Shown here in pieces: positions 48,299 to 60,998 of a stretch of DNA of 64,000 bases. This DNA is from Azolla caroliniana (Eukaryota; Plantae; Polypodiophyta), in NCBI GenBank assembly GCA_043228905.1, contig JBHGNT010000016.1, positions 9,672,001 through 9,736,000 of the forward strand. The letters run 5' to 3'. Position numbers and translations under genes: made by a program. Position 1 is the first letter of the stretch; every line of letters starts with the position of its first letter. A model generated the notes under the pieces. That model was not told the origin of the DNA. It did no database searches and saw only the letters and a list, made by a program, of their open reading frames with translations.

Positions 48299-51200
48299 AG
48301 GGGGAGTTTGTTGGGAGATAGGTCCCTCCGGATGGGAAGGGAGAAGAACAGTGCCGACGAACAAACTCGGCCGAGGCCGAAACGGTATGAGGAGTACCCG
48401 GCTACGGAGAGCCGGATGATACAAGCCCGGTGTGAACCGGATGAGGAGTACCCGGCTACGGAGAGCCGGATGATACAGGCCCGGTGTGAACCGGATGAGG
48501 AGTACCCGGCTACGGAGAGCCGGATGATACAGGCCCGGTGTGAACCGGATGAGTAGTACCCGGCTACGGAGAGCCGGATGGTGCAGGCCCGGTGTGAACC
48601 AGATGAGGAGTACCCGGCTACGGAGAGCCGAATGGTGCAGAACCGGTATGAACCGGAGGAAGAGACATATTCGTAAATATGTTTCTGAGAGCCCATTGTG
48701 GCTACATTTGTAAATAGCCGAAAAGTCATATTAGTATAAATATGACTTAGGGTAAACTAATACTGTTGTTGTTGTCATTCTTCCTTGTTGGTGCAAGAAG
48801 AAGAGAGAGCGCGTAACTGTACAGAGAGAGAGAGAGAGAGGGAGAACGAGGTCGTTGCCTCTGTTGTAACCGCCGCCTGTGGCGAAGATTGTGAGCCTGA
48901 GGTCGTTGCCTCCGTGTACTCACTGTTTTGTACATTCATACATAGTGACAGTTTGCAGCCTGTGGGCTGCCGTGGTTTTTCCCCTAGTTTGGGGTTTTCC
49001 ACGTAAACCTCCTGTGTATTCTCTCCTTCTTTGTGTCGCGTTTTATTTCCCGTTTTTCTGTGTATCATTCTAAGCTCGGTTGTGGCCGAGCGTTGCGCAT
49101 AAGGAACGACAAGTTCCCGTCAGACTACAATGAGTTTTTCTCTCTTGTAGTCAAGATGACAACCCTTAGACTCCTACTAGGGATCGTCACGACAGAATAT
49201 CTCAAGCTTGAACAAGTGGACATAAAGACGACTTTCCTACATGGATATCTCGAAGAAGACATCTATATGTCTCAACCGACGAGCTTCACGGTGACGGGGG
49301 AGGAAGGAAACCTCATATGTTGACTGAAGAAAACCTTTGAAACAGGCGCCGAGAATGTGGTACCAGAAATTTGATTCCCACATTCGGTAGCTTGGATGTA
49401 GTTGGTCCGACTCCAACCCCTGGATGTACATTCGAGGATTACCCGATGAGTCCAAGATATACCTAATCCTTTATTTCGACGACATGCTCATCGCAAGGAG
49501 CGATAGAACCGAACTCTAGAAACTAAACCAAAAACTTCACGAGAAATTCTTGGAGAGGCTTGGCACATCTTGGGCATAAGGATAGAGGGAGATAGGACAA
49601 AGAAGATCCCATGGATCTCCAATCCAACAAAAAAGATTTCCTTCATTAGTATTAAGAAAAGCGTTGGAAGTCTACAAAATGTACAATCAAAAAGTGTTAT
49701 GTACAAAAGAGATGGCTAGGGTGAGGACCAGGGGTGATGGTATTTCTAGATCAGTCCTTGAGATGAGACCGTCAACAAAGGCAACTTCCTCCATAACTGC
49801 AATAATTATTTCCTTTTCTTAAGAACAACCTCTGAAGAGCCCAACATTGTTAGATCTAGAACCTAATGTAAGCATGAGATAAGGAAATATATTATTAGAA
49901 AATAGAGAGAGGAGAGAGAAAGAAAGGTGTCGATCCACCCTAACGAAGGGATCAAGATGGACTCGAGCCTCGATCGGCATCCCATACCACCGTTGTGGTG
50001 CCAAGTCATACCTGGTATTGGCGCACTCGCTACAAGAGTTTGATCACCACGATTTTAGAGTTTTGACGTAGTCAAGAGATGTCTTAATGAGGGTAGCTAG
50101 GTCTCATATTTGTAGCCAGACATAAGGCCCCGATGCAACTTCACACTTGGTCCTTATGGGTTGTCCCAATTCCTAGAATTAAAAGTAATCATTCCCTTCT
50201 TTACACTGTCGTTTAACCATCACACTTTATCCACTTGTATAGAATACCAAGGGTACAATCTTACCTCAAGATATTATATGGTCATGCCTGTAACATACTC
50301 CCCCGTTTAAAACATTACACTCTTGCAATGAAAAGTTAGGGAAGTTAGTTCTAAGGGTATTTTCGCGTTCCCATGTGGAATCTCTTATAGACTAATCCAT
50401 CCATTTAATTTTAAATTCTCGGATTATTTTATAACGCAAATATTTCGTTTTAACATCGAGAATTCTCTCTAGTACATGTGGTTTAGAAGATAATTCTTGA
50501 GAAGTAACCTGAGTTTCAGTTGTAACTGTATTGTCACAAGAACCAAGAAGTTCTTTTAGACGACTTACATGGAAAATTGGATGGATTTCAACACCATCAG
50601 AAAGAGCAAGGCGATAGACTAATGAAAAAATGCGTTTGAGGATTGTAAAAGGTCATCAAAACCGTGGGGCTAACTTAGCACACTTACCCGTAGACAAAGT
50701 CTTAAATTTGTGAGGTACACGTAAAAGGCTCTGCTTCGAGGAAAGCCCGTGTGTTTTCCGACAAAGGCTCTAATGTGTGTGCGTGGGTGCGTGATTGTCT
50801 AGGTTGGGTCTGCCGCCGGCTATCCGGTTGTAATCTTGCAAACACTATACCCTTTACTGTTATAGGAATTGAATCTCTTGTTTCCCTCTCTCTGTTTTTT
50901 TGTGAGCCTCTCTTTTACGCAAGTGCGTACCTTGTTCAAATACGCATTGGTGGTTCATTCAGCCGACAAGCGATGTCAGTTGCAAACGGGCCTAACCGGC
51001 CCTACGCTTGCGCTCTTCTCCCACTCCGCCTTCTTCTCTCTCTTGCTCCTCGGTTCAGGGCCCCCATGGTCCCGCCTTATTTCCTACGCAAAAGCGGAAC
51101 AACACGACATTATTTGGTGAACCCGACGTGAAGCAAGCCAGTAGAGGAGTCGAAGATGAGGGGATCAGAGCTCGCTGAAGCCATGGCGGCAGCAGTCGAT

Positions 51201-51951
51201 CGGATAGTAAGTGCTCGTGAGGGCACGGGCGCCCTCGACAAGGCCATTGAAGCAATTGTCGGTACAATAGGCCGGTTTAGTGGGAAGAACGCTACGAGCT
51301 ATTTGGAGTCCTACCAAGCCGAGATGGTGATGAGGGACATTCCGGAAGACAGGCGGCTGGCCGGATTCCCTCGGGTGGCAACACCGGGCATTCACGCGGA
51401 GGTGCTTGAGGTGTAGGCTGGATGCCGGGCCTGGGAAGAGTTCGAGGGGCGGCTCCTCGAAAGGTACGGACTCAATGACGCACTTCGGCTATCGAAGCAA
51501 GATTTCATGGATTGGGTGGAGACCCCCGGAAAGGGGAGGAATGCGTCGGCGAATCTCCGGGAGTTTGAAGAATGCTTCACGCGGCTCTCAGCACTGGACA
51601 GAGCCGTGTTGGACACGAGCCGTGTCTTGTTTTTTGTCAAAGTCGTGGACGTGCGGGATCAAGATCAGGTGGGTCTCCTCTTGGAGACAGATGACAGGCT
51701 AACGGCTGACTGGGCCATGGTGAAGAGAGTCTGCGGCCGTTTTGACAATCGGCGTGAGTGTGGCTACGAGGGATCGTCGGCGGTGAGACCCGTCCCGGCA
51801 AAGAACTTCGATGAGCCTTCACCGGCACGAAAAGAGGGAACTCGGGATTGGGTTGAGCCGGGCTCAGCATCGACCAACACGATCAAGGGCCCATCCAGAG
51901 GAGCGGCTCTTGAGGAGCTAACACAAATGGTGCGCGACTTGCAGATCGCGC

Positions 51952-52928
51952 TGTCGTGAAGATTTTCGGCAATAGTGTGAAAATCCCATAAAACGTACGA
52001 AATCGAGTATGAATCACGTAATAAAATAATTGTGAAGATAACATTTTAATATCTAAGTACAAAATGATGGAGGTTTCGAATGCACTTTATTACACGAGAA
52101 ATGGACAACTAAATGTCAAGATATGAGGGTATAAAGTTTGTGAAAAGAAAAGAGAAAATTGTGAGATATCCCACATAGGCACGACAAATACGGCTCTCAT
52201 CATATATAAGGTGGAGCAAAAGATATTATCTTTGTGTCTATGTGTGGAGCATAGAGAGTTCAAGGTAACTTGAACTAAGAGTGGAGGTGGCTAGCTACTC
52301 GAAAAGGGTTTTGGCCAACCAAAACCGGACCGGCGATGGAGCCGGTGATCCGACCGCAATCCGGCGGCGGCATCTGGCGGCGGCACCGGTATCCGACGGC
52401 GGCGACGGTATCCGGCGAACCGGCGACTAGATAAAATAAATATATAAATATATATACAAGGAGGGTAAGTAAGGATTCAAACCTTGCACCTCCAAGTTAG
52501 GAGTCAAATGGCTTACCATTAAGCCATGGTATTTAGTTGAAATTATATTTCTATCATTGTACTTTTACATGTAAATTCTCATACATGAGAGCGAAAATGA
52601 GTGACATGGTTAGCATGCACCACATGTAATACTTAAGCGCCAAATGGCAAACATGCAATTTATGCATGTCTTGTACCCTCACATGCATCATATGCATGAG
52701 AGCATCTATAAAAGAGGGAAGGGGGAGGAGAAAAAACACGGGTTTTTTTTATGAAAATTAAGAAGAAGAAATTCGTTATCAAATCAATCGTGTAATCTCA
52801 TCTTCTCTCTTTCCCAATCTATCTTAAGTACTTTCTCGCCAAAGCTTGTATCGACTCTAAATCCTTCTGGTCCAGAACCCCGGCGGTTCCGCCTCACGAT
52901 CCGCGCGTAGTGACGGATCTTCACGACA
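51952..52928 (+). mobile_element. Solo LTR with 4-bp TSD GCGC
   Basis: Perfect inverted termini tgtcgtgaaga...tcttcacgaca. GCGC on both sides, inserted in gag. Confidence 0.93.
52463..52530 (-). promoter_or_regulatory. tRNA-like Pol III A/B-box module in a solo LTR (homolog at about 58643-58710)
   Basis: Minus strand reads ATGGCTTAATGGTAAGCC-ATTTGACTCCTAAC-TTGGAGGTG-CAAGGTTTGAATCCTT. The homolog reads TAGCCTAGTGGTAAG...GGTTCAAGTC. Confidence 0.6.
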
Positions 52929-54719
52929 GCGCAGGCCCGGAGAGGCAGTGGAGGGTGGGCAAGCGATCGGAGGCCACCGGTTGGACAACGGTGTATGTGC
53001 CGCTACGCGGTCGGACACAGCTGGCAAGACTACGTGAAGTTTGTTGAGGCCCTCAGGGGTAATGTGGTGTACCTGTGGAATGGACAGGTGCACGTCGGTG
53101 ATACCCGAAGAGCCGTGGAGACAAATTTCGAGCGCAGAGGGATGAAGCGATTAATGGAAGAAGCGGAGGCGCGCCATGCAAAAGCCGTCCATTATTCGGC
53201 ATCGGCCGGAATCCGGGTAGGAGGTAATGAAGACTGTAAAATGAAAGAATCTGGCTTCTTGCCCTTGGTGCTAGAAGTCCTCCTCGGCGCACGTCTAAAG
53301 AGGGAAGAAGCGGACCACGCGGAGCAACGGGTCTGGGAGGTCACCGGGTGGGACGACCCAGTAGAGGAGAAGACCAGCTTCGTGGAAGCCATGTGCTAAA
53401 ACTACGAAGTTCTGGTGGATGATAAGAGGGCAAGGAAGGCCGGTGGGACCACGGCCCCAAATCGGTACGAGACCTAGTTCGGGCCGAAGAGGAATGAAGC
53501 CGACAATCCCGGCATTGTAGACAAAACAAGGCCGACCGGTTACCGGTTGGGCACCGAAATCGAAAGGGCGACGGACCTGTGGAAGATCCTCGAGGAGCGG
53601 ATTCTCGACAACAAGGTGGAGTTGTCGCTGAGGGAGGTGTTTGGGAACGCCAAGGAGTTCCACGATTCCATTGTGAACTTGGTGAAGCATAAACGGCTCT
53701 CGATGGAGACGGAGCCGAAGAAGCCGGTGGAGGTGTAAACGATGCACTTGGAGGACGCGGCCCTAGAGACAAGTTGGCGGAGAGCCACTATTCGAAGTTG
53801 CATTGGGCAAGGGCTACTACGAAAACCCCCGTTCGGGTCGGAGACGTCCAGGAGTCGGTAGCAGCGTTGATCAACCATGGGTCGGATATCAACTTGATGT
53901 CTATGGACTTCTATAAGAAAGGGAAGTGGAAGATACGCACAGCAACGCGCGCCACGGAGGAGCTGCACGAGACTTGCCCGAATGTATGTGTGAAAATCGG
54001 CGATGTCGAGATTGATCAGCAGTTCTTCGTACAGGAGACATCCTCACTCCCGGTGATACTTGGCGAACCGTACATTACGGTGGCACACATGGAGAAAAAG
54101 GTGCTAGATAACAATTCGGCGTACGCACGCGTGAAGAGCCAAGATGGGCGACACTCCGTCCAATTTCTGATAGTGTGACTGAACCATGAGCGTAACCGCG
54201 AAACCCTCGGTGGCAACAGTCGAGGGGATTTCTAGAGAGAGCTATCAAGGCGTGGGGCCATGATAGTCCGGACACTCCGGCAAGTCCCCACAAGTGTACT
54301 ATAGGTAGGAAGTTTTGGGTCTCCGATAACGGAGGTTGTACGATAGCCGGCATTGGTGGCCGGGAGAAGAAGAAGGCCGAGGAACGTTTTAGAGAGTACG
54401 GAGTCCTCCGCCCCGACGAAGAAATTAGCAGCGCCGTGGAGGCGGTCTCTTTCGACGACACCTTGGGGGAAATGGGAAAGGTGATAGATGAAGACCCCAG
54501 TGAAGACCGAGTGATAACGGTCAACTCGGTGGAAATGTACGAAGTCATTGCCGACTTCAGGGAAAGGGTCAGGTCAGATCGGACAGCCTGCGTAGATACA
54601 AAAGACTATGGACCGGATGGTGAGGCCAGTCGCGGCTCCCTTGCCGAAGAGCGGCGGGGAGCGGAGAAAGGGGGTCGTCGAACCCAAGTTTACGGAATCC
54701 GACCGGCATAGGACACCGG

Positions 54720-55369
54720 TGTCGTGAAGAAAACCGTCCCTTAGCACAATCGGTGTATAGCGCGCGCAAACCGGCTCTTCACGCGTGCGCGCCCTCTAAT
54801 GTATATAATAAAGGATTAGGTATGAAGGTATATCCTAGGTAGTTAGATTCGGTAGGTAGGAAGTTAATGAGGGAAGCGGCTCCCTTCTTGAAGCTATAAA
54901 AGAGAGGGAGGCGCAGGGAGAAAGGGATCGCGCATTGAGGAGGACGAAGTGTTGTCGGACCGTAACCGAACGCTTCTCCTTTGTTCATTCTCCATCGCTC
55001 TTCTCTGCAGGATTTCGGGAGGCTCGCGCTGCTTCGAGGAACGCCCGTGTGCTTCCTGCAGCACCTCCATCCTATCCCCTTTCGTGCGTAGACGAGTAGG
55101 CATCGGCATCTGTTCGCCGGCCTGTTCGGTTGTAACCGCTCGCGTGCTCTGTTGTTTTGTGTCATTTGTTAATATACAAACATTCGTGTCTCTCTGTCTC
55201 TGTGTCCATTCGTGTTTTCTGTGTTGACGGGCCGTGTCCCTGTGTTTCTTTGCTCATATCGTAACCGGTCGTCTCTCTCTTTCTCTTTCCCCTCCTTTCA
55301 CCTGCTCTTCGGTTCAAGACCCCGGTGGTCCCGCCTCGTTTCTCCACGCACGCGCGTAGTAACGCGACA
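54720..55369 (+). mobile_element. Solo LTR with 4-bp TSD CCGG
   Basis: TGTCGTGAAGA...CGCGACA ends, CCGG on both sides, TATAAA at 54895. Confidence 0.92.
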
Positions 55370-58095
55370 CCGGTTCATCGACATAACACTACGGGGACTC
55401 ATGGTCAGTGGGGGTGGCTTCCTACTACCGGCGGAGGAGGAGAGGTTTCGGAGAATGCTCGGAAGGCACGGGAAGGCCTTCGCATTCACACCGAGGAGAT
55501 TGGGTGCGTAGACCCGACGATCATGGAACCAATGGTGATCTTCACGGTACCGCATGCGTCGTGGAATCTCAAGCCGATTCCGGTACCCAGAGCTCACATC
55601 CCGAGGTTGATGGAGCTGCTGAAGCAGAAGGTGGAGATGGGCATCCTCGAGCCGTCGAGTGCCCCATATTCGAATCGGTGGTTTACTGTGCCAAAGTAGA
55701 ATGACACATTGCACTTTATTCAGGACTTGCACCCGGTCAACAAGGTGACCATTCGAAACGTAGGTGTCGAACCGACCATTGACGAGTTCGCAGAGGCCTT
55801 CGTTGGAAGGTCAATCTATTCGGTCGATGGATCTGTACTTGGGGTACGATCAGTTCCAACTAGCCGTGGAGAGTAGGGATATCACAATGATGCGGACTCC
55901 TCTCAGGCTAGTGCAGATGTGTACCCTACCGCAAGGATGGACCAACTTGGTGGCACACATGGTGAATGCGATGAACAAGGTACTGAGGGACTGCATCCCA
56001 AACATCACCATGCCATACTTGGACGACATCCCTATAAAGGGGTGTCCGGTGGGAGAGAAGGATGAAACGGTTTGGCTGGATGGATGCCGAAGATTTGTGG
56101 TGGACCACATTGGCAACTGCAAGAAGGTGCTTCAAAGACTTGAGGACGTGCGGCTGACCTTCTCCGAAGAGAAATCGGCTTTCGGACAATCGGAGATCCT
56201 AGTTGTTGGGCACTTGTGCGGGCCTTACGGTCAGAAGCCTTCTCCGACAAAGGTAGAAGCCATCTCCGCAATGAAGGAAGAATGCAAGTCGGTTGCAGAG
56301 GTGCGAAGGTTCCTAGGCGTGTGCACGTTCTACCATATCTGGATTCCACATTACGCGCACGTCACGGAGCCGCTCTACGGGTTGCTGAAGAAGGGGCGGG
56401 GCGTAAATTCAAGTGGGGCGAGGAGCATGCAGAGTCGGTTCGTAGACTGAAGGAAGCGCTAACCGCGGCACCGACACTCCAGAAAGCGGTTTACGGTAAG
56501 GACGTCCCAATTTACATTTCGGTAGACAAGAGCCCAACCGGGATAGGATGGGTGGTCAACCAAGAGGACGAAACCGGCACGAGGTTCCCCATCCGGTTCG
56601 GAGCAAAGGTGTTGAGTGAGCGACAACGAGGATACGCCCAAGTTAAACGCGAACTCTAGGGTGTCGTTTCGGCAGTCAAGGCCAATAAAGACTACTTGAT
56701 CGGAACGGAGGTAATAATCGAGACAAACTACCTACCGATCCTTGGTATGGTTTCCGGATGCGCGACGTCGGACCTAGCAATGCTCAGGTGGATCGCGTAC
56801 ATTAAGTCTCTAAACCCGAAGATACGGCACATCTCCGGTAAGGACAACGCCATGGCTGACATGCTTTCTAGAGCACGGTTTGATGACGAGGATAGCATGG
56901 TTTCGGAGGACGAAGAAGTCGGCGTAGACTTCTTCGAATCGGCTCACGTGACGACAAGGGTGGGGAGCACTCCGGTGCTTAATGAGTTCAACGAGGGGGA
57001 GTACAACGGGGAGTGGCTCCAAATCGGCAGGTTCCTTAAAACAATGGCATCGGACGCGGCATGGACAAGGGAAGAGGCTGGCCGGATGCGGAAGAAGGTG
57101 TACCGTTTCTTCTTGCGGGACGGGAGCATAAGGAGGCACCCAAACAAGCGAGGCGGCGTCCCACTCCGCGTACTGACAAGAAAGGCAAAGCGAGAGGGGA
57201 TGCTAGCGGCGTACCATGAGAGTCTCTAGGCCGGACATCGCGGGACATGGGGCACGTTCGAGAAGCTCAAGGAGAAGTATTGGTGGCAGGGGTTGTAACG
57301 AGACGTGCACCGATTCGTAACAACATGCGAAATTTGTCAAATGCACTCCGCGATCTGACATCGAGACGAGCTGCACGCAACCTACCCACCGACCGTTCAT
57401 TTCAAGTGGATGGTAGACTTAGTGACGATGTCGATGGGGGTAGGGCAGATGCGGTAACTAGTGCTTGCGCGGGAGGACTTGACGAATCAGGTGGAGGGTT
57501 GCACCCTACAAAACAAGACGATCGTGGCCATGTGCCGGTTCCTGATCGAAGAGGTGGTATGCCGGTACAGGTGCGTAGGGAAGATAGTAGTTGACCGGGG
57601 AGAACTGGATGCGCAGGAAGCCGAAGAGTTGTTCAACCGATTAGGGGTTAAGCTCTCCCTCACTATGGTGTACAACCCAGAGGCTAACGGGAAGGTAGAG
57701 CGTGAGCACGGGCCGATCATGAAGGCATTAGTACGCGCGTGTGAAGGTCAAGTCAAGAGTTGGTCGTGGTTCCTACCTTACACACTATGGGCGGAACGAA
57801 CCACGCACAGTACGGTGACCGGGCTCATGCCGACGAAGCTGATGTACGGGCAGAAGCCGATCATGCCAGTGGAGTGGACGATTCCTTCCTGGGCCGCGGT
57901 GGACTACAAGGACGAGATGAGCCGGGAGGAGCTGTTGGCAGCATGGATTCGGCAACTCGAGCGAAGACCAGGGGACGTGGAACGGGCTAAGGCGAAGCTG
58001 CACGTGGTGAGGGCGAGGAACAAGGGCCGCTTCGACCGAATGCACCGGCTACAGCCGAAGAAGATCGAGGAAGGCGACTGGGTGATGGTTTACGA

Positions 58096-59146
58096 TGTCG
58101 TGAAGATTTTCGGCAATGGTGTGAAAATCGTATAAAATATACGAAATCGAGTATGAATCGTATAAAACAATAATAGTGAAAATACTATTCAAAATAAGTT
58201 TAATATCTTAGTACAAAAAGATGGAGGTCTTCAAGAGCTTTCGAATGCACTTTACTACATAAGAAATGGACATCTAAGTCTCAAGTTATGTGGGTAGGAA
58301 GTTTGCAAAGGAAAAGAGAAAGATAAAACTGTGAGATATCCCACATAGACAGGACAAAAAAAGATCTCACCATATATAAGGTAGAGCAAAAGCTATTATC
58401 TTTGTGTTTATATGTGGAGCATAGAGAGTTCAAGCCTAGCTACTTGTAAAGGTTTTGGCCAACCAAAACCGGCGGCAACCGGCGGTGACGGTGATGGTGA
58501 TCGGCATCCAGCAACTCGGGATGCGAATTGGGCCAGACCAAACGGATGTACATTAGACAGATCAGTCGGGTCAGTTGATCGCGGTGCATGGTGTCTTAAA
58601 GATATTTGGTCCAAAAGCCTAATAGTATTTTGTGCTTTAAAAGGGATGTAGGCAAGACTTGAACCTTGCACCTCCAAGAAAGAAGACAATAGACTTACCA
58701 CTAGGCTATGTCATTTCCTTAGAAATATTTTTCCTATCATTATACTTTTACATGTAAATTCTTATATTAGAGCTTGATTGAGTGACATGTGATGCATGAG
58801 CGCCAAATGGCAAACATGCATCACATACATTCCATGCATTGTATGCATGTCTTGTACTCTCACATGTATCATATGCATGGGAGCATCTATAAAAGGGTGG
58901 ATGAAAAAGATCAAAGGGAGCTAAGTATTATTCAAGAAATTAAAAGTAAGAAATTCGTTATCCAATTGATCAATCTTATTCTCTCTCAATCTAAAGTCAA
59001 GCGTTCTATCTTATCTGAATCTCTCTCTCTTTCAATATATCTTAATTCCTTTCTCGCTAAAGCTAGTGCAAACTTCGAATCCTTCCAGTCCAGAACCCTG
59101 GTGGTTTCGCCTCGCGATCCGCACGTAGTGACGGATCTTCACGACA
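58096..59146 (+). mobile_element. Solo LTR with 4-bp TSD ACGA (relative of 51952-52928)
   Basis: tgtcgtgaaga...tcttcacgaca termini with ACGA on both sides. It interrupts the integrase at WVMVY|D. Confidence 0.93.
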
Positions 59147-60998
59147 ACGACAGCAGCCTCGACAATCAGCACAAGGCGACGCGGAAGTTTGCGAGGAGGT
59201 GGTTCGGGCCCTACATCATAACAAGCGCAAACGGCAACGGTACTTACCACCTTGCGGAGCTCGAGGGGACGTGGATAGTAGTGCCAGTAGCCGGGACGAT
59301 GATCAAAGCCTTCAAGAAGCGGCATGAAGACAAGCCGGACCCGGGAAGCAAGGACGACAATGACAACCAGTTCAGAGCGAATGAAGTTTCGGAGAGCAAC
59401 GGGTGAGTGTGAGCCGGTTTTCTCCAGCATTTGTCCCTCTCTGGCGCATGTCAGTGGATGTGCGGTTTGGTGGGGGTGGATGTCATGAAGAAAACTAGCC
59501 TTAGGCGGAATCAATGAAAAAGGTGTATGAACCGGCCTTTACATGCGAGCACAAGTATTAAGGTGTGCATAACTAGGAATAGGCCAGTGTGATGTGTATA
59601 TCCTAGGGAGAATATAGTAATAGGCTAGTAAATCGAAGTGGATCTCTGTCCGAAGGGACAGAGAATAAAAGTGATGTGACCAGGATGTAACGGTCCCTCC
59701 CCGGTGGCCTATAAAGGGAAGGGAAGAAGACTAGAAGGGTATCGTGTTTTGGGGCGGACGAGGTGATGTCAGACTAGGAACCGAACTCTTTCCTCCTCTA
59801 TCGTTGTTTTCTGCAGGTTTCCTGAGTTGGTTGCCTCTGCTTCGAGGAAAGCCCGTTTGTTTTCCGACAAAGGCTCTATTGTGTGTGCGTGCATGGGTGC
59901 GTGATTGTCTGGGTTGGGTCTACCGCCAGCTATCCGGTTGTAATCTTGCAAACACTATCTCCTTTACTATTATAGGAATCGAATCTCTTGTTTCCCTCTC
60001 TCTGTGTTTCTGTGAGCCTCTCTTTTACGCAAGTGCGTACCTTGTTCAAATACGCATTGGTGGTTCTTTCAGCCGGCAAGCGTTGTCAATTGCAAACGGG
60101 CCTAACCAGCCCTACACTTGCGCTCTTCTCCTGCTCCGCCTTCTTCTCTCTTGCTCCTTAGTTCAGGGCCCCCCCGGTCCTACCTTATTTCCTACGTGAA
60201 AGTGGAACAACACAGCAACGGTATATCGACATTGAGCAGAATCAAGTTTCTTACTCTCAAATGCTATTGGTTTACCACCTTGATATACGATAGCACCTAT
60301 AGCATAATTGCTTGCATCGGTTTCAACTTGAAAAGTTTTTGAAGGATCTAGTAAAAGGAGTGAAGGAGCTTTGCATATCTGGTCCTTGAGTTCCTTAAAG
60401 GTGAGGTCTAGTGTAACATTCCATACAATAGGTTTTGTAGACTTACGCGTTTGACCTTTTAGAAGATTAGTAAACAACGTTGTCAATTGGGAGCAATTTC
60501 GAAGAGGATTTTGCAAAAACTTGACGAAACCAACGAACGATCTAACTTCTCGAATATTCTGAAGAGCGGACCAAAGTTTGACTTTCTCAATACGAGAAGG
60601 ATCAATTTCAACTCTTCGTTCGGTTATGAGATGTCCAACATAAGTAATTGATTCCTTGAAGAACTCACATTTTGAGATCTTTGCGTAGAATTGTTTGTCG
60701 CGCAAGGTTTGTAAAACAAAGCCGACATGTTTAACATGCTCTTCTAATGTATGACTATAGACTAAAATATCATCCAAGAAAATAACGACAAATTTTCCAA
60801 GTTGTTCTCGGAAAATGTCATTCATTTCTTGTTGAAATATGACTGGAGCATTGGTCAAACCGAAAGGCATGACCAAAAACTCATAATGGCCATAGCGCGT
60901 ACGAAATGCCGTTTTAGGAACATCTTCCTCCCTTATACGAATTTGATGATAGCCCGTATGGAGATAAAGTTTTGTAAAATATCGAGCTCCCTGGAGAC

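Larger units (their letters stand above)
44057..49122 (+). mobile_element. Ty1/Copia LTR retrotransposon with both LTRs, gag-deleted
   Basis: 5' LTR 44057-44920 and 3' LTR 48309-49122, TSD GACTA (44052-44056 / 49123-49127), Met-i PBS tggtatcagag 44923-44933 and PPT gaagggggag before 48309. Confidence 0.97.
42560..49848 (+). pseudogene. Old degraded Copia pol (integrase and RT), split by the 44057-49122 insertion
   Basis: LQSDNGGE, LPCKWV and YKARLVAKGF occur before the insertion. DYNEFFSLVVKMTT, QVDIKTTFLHG and LYFDDML occur after it. Confidence 0.82.
50728..60217 (+). mobile_element. tRNA-Trp-primed Gypsy (Phygy/Selgy-like), degenerate. Partial 5' LTR 50728-51109, 3' LTR 59481-60217
   Basis: PBS tggtgaacccgacgtga at 51115-51131. 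Gag RFSGKNATSYL, protease ALINHGSDIN, RT MDLYLGYDQF/YLDDI, RNase H ADMLSR and integrase YNPEANGKVER/RWFGPY are present. PPT is ggtgggggtgga. The 5' LTR remnant matches about 59835-60217. Confidence 0.92.
49849..60998 (-). mobile_element. Older chromovirus copy of the 33705-40605 family: 3' LTR 49849-50295, chromodomain/integrase end to 50727, RT/RNase H piece 60218-60998
   Basis: LTR and coding sequences are homologous to 33705-36680. The copy is interrupted by the Trp-primed Gypsy and by the insertion at 60999. Confidence 0.85.

Noticed and set aside
52463-52530. Functional tRNA gene (Arg-CCT-like loop)
   Set aside because: Acceptor and anticodon stems do not pair properly and the sequence is embedded in an LTR. 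It is treated as a tRNA-derived module.
58789-59406. 205-aa ORF with a His/Met-rich N-terminus (possible metal-binding protein)
   Set aside because: Chance fusion of CATG-rich solo-LTR sequence to the integrase tail across the 59146 junction.
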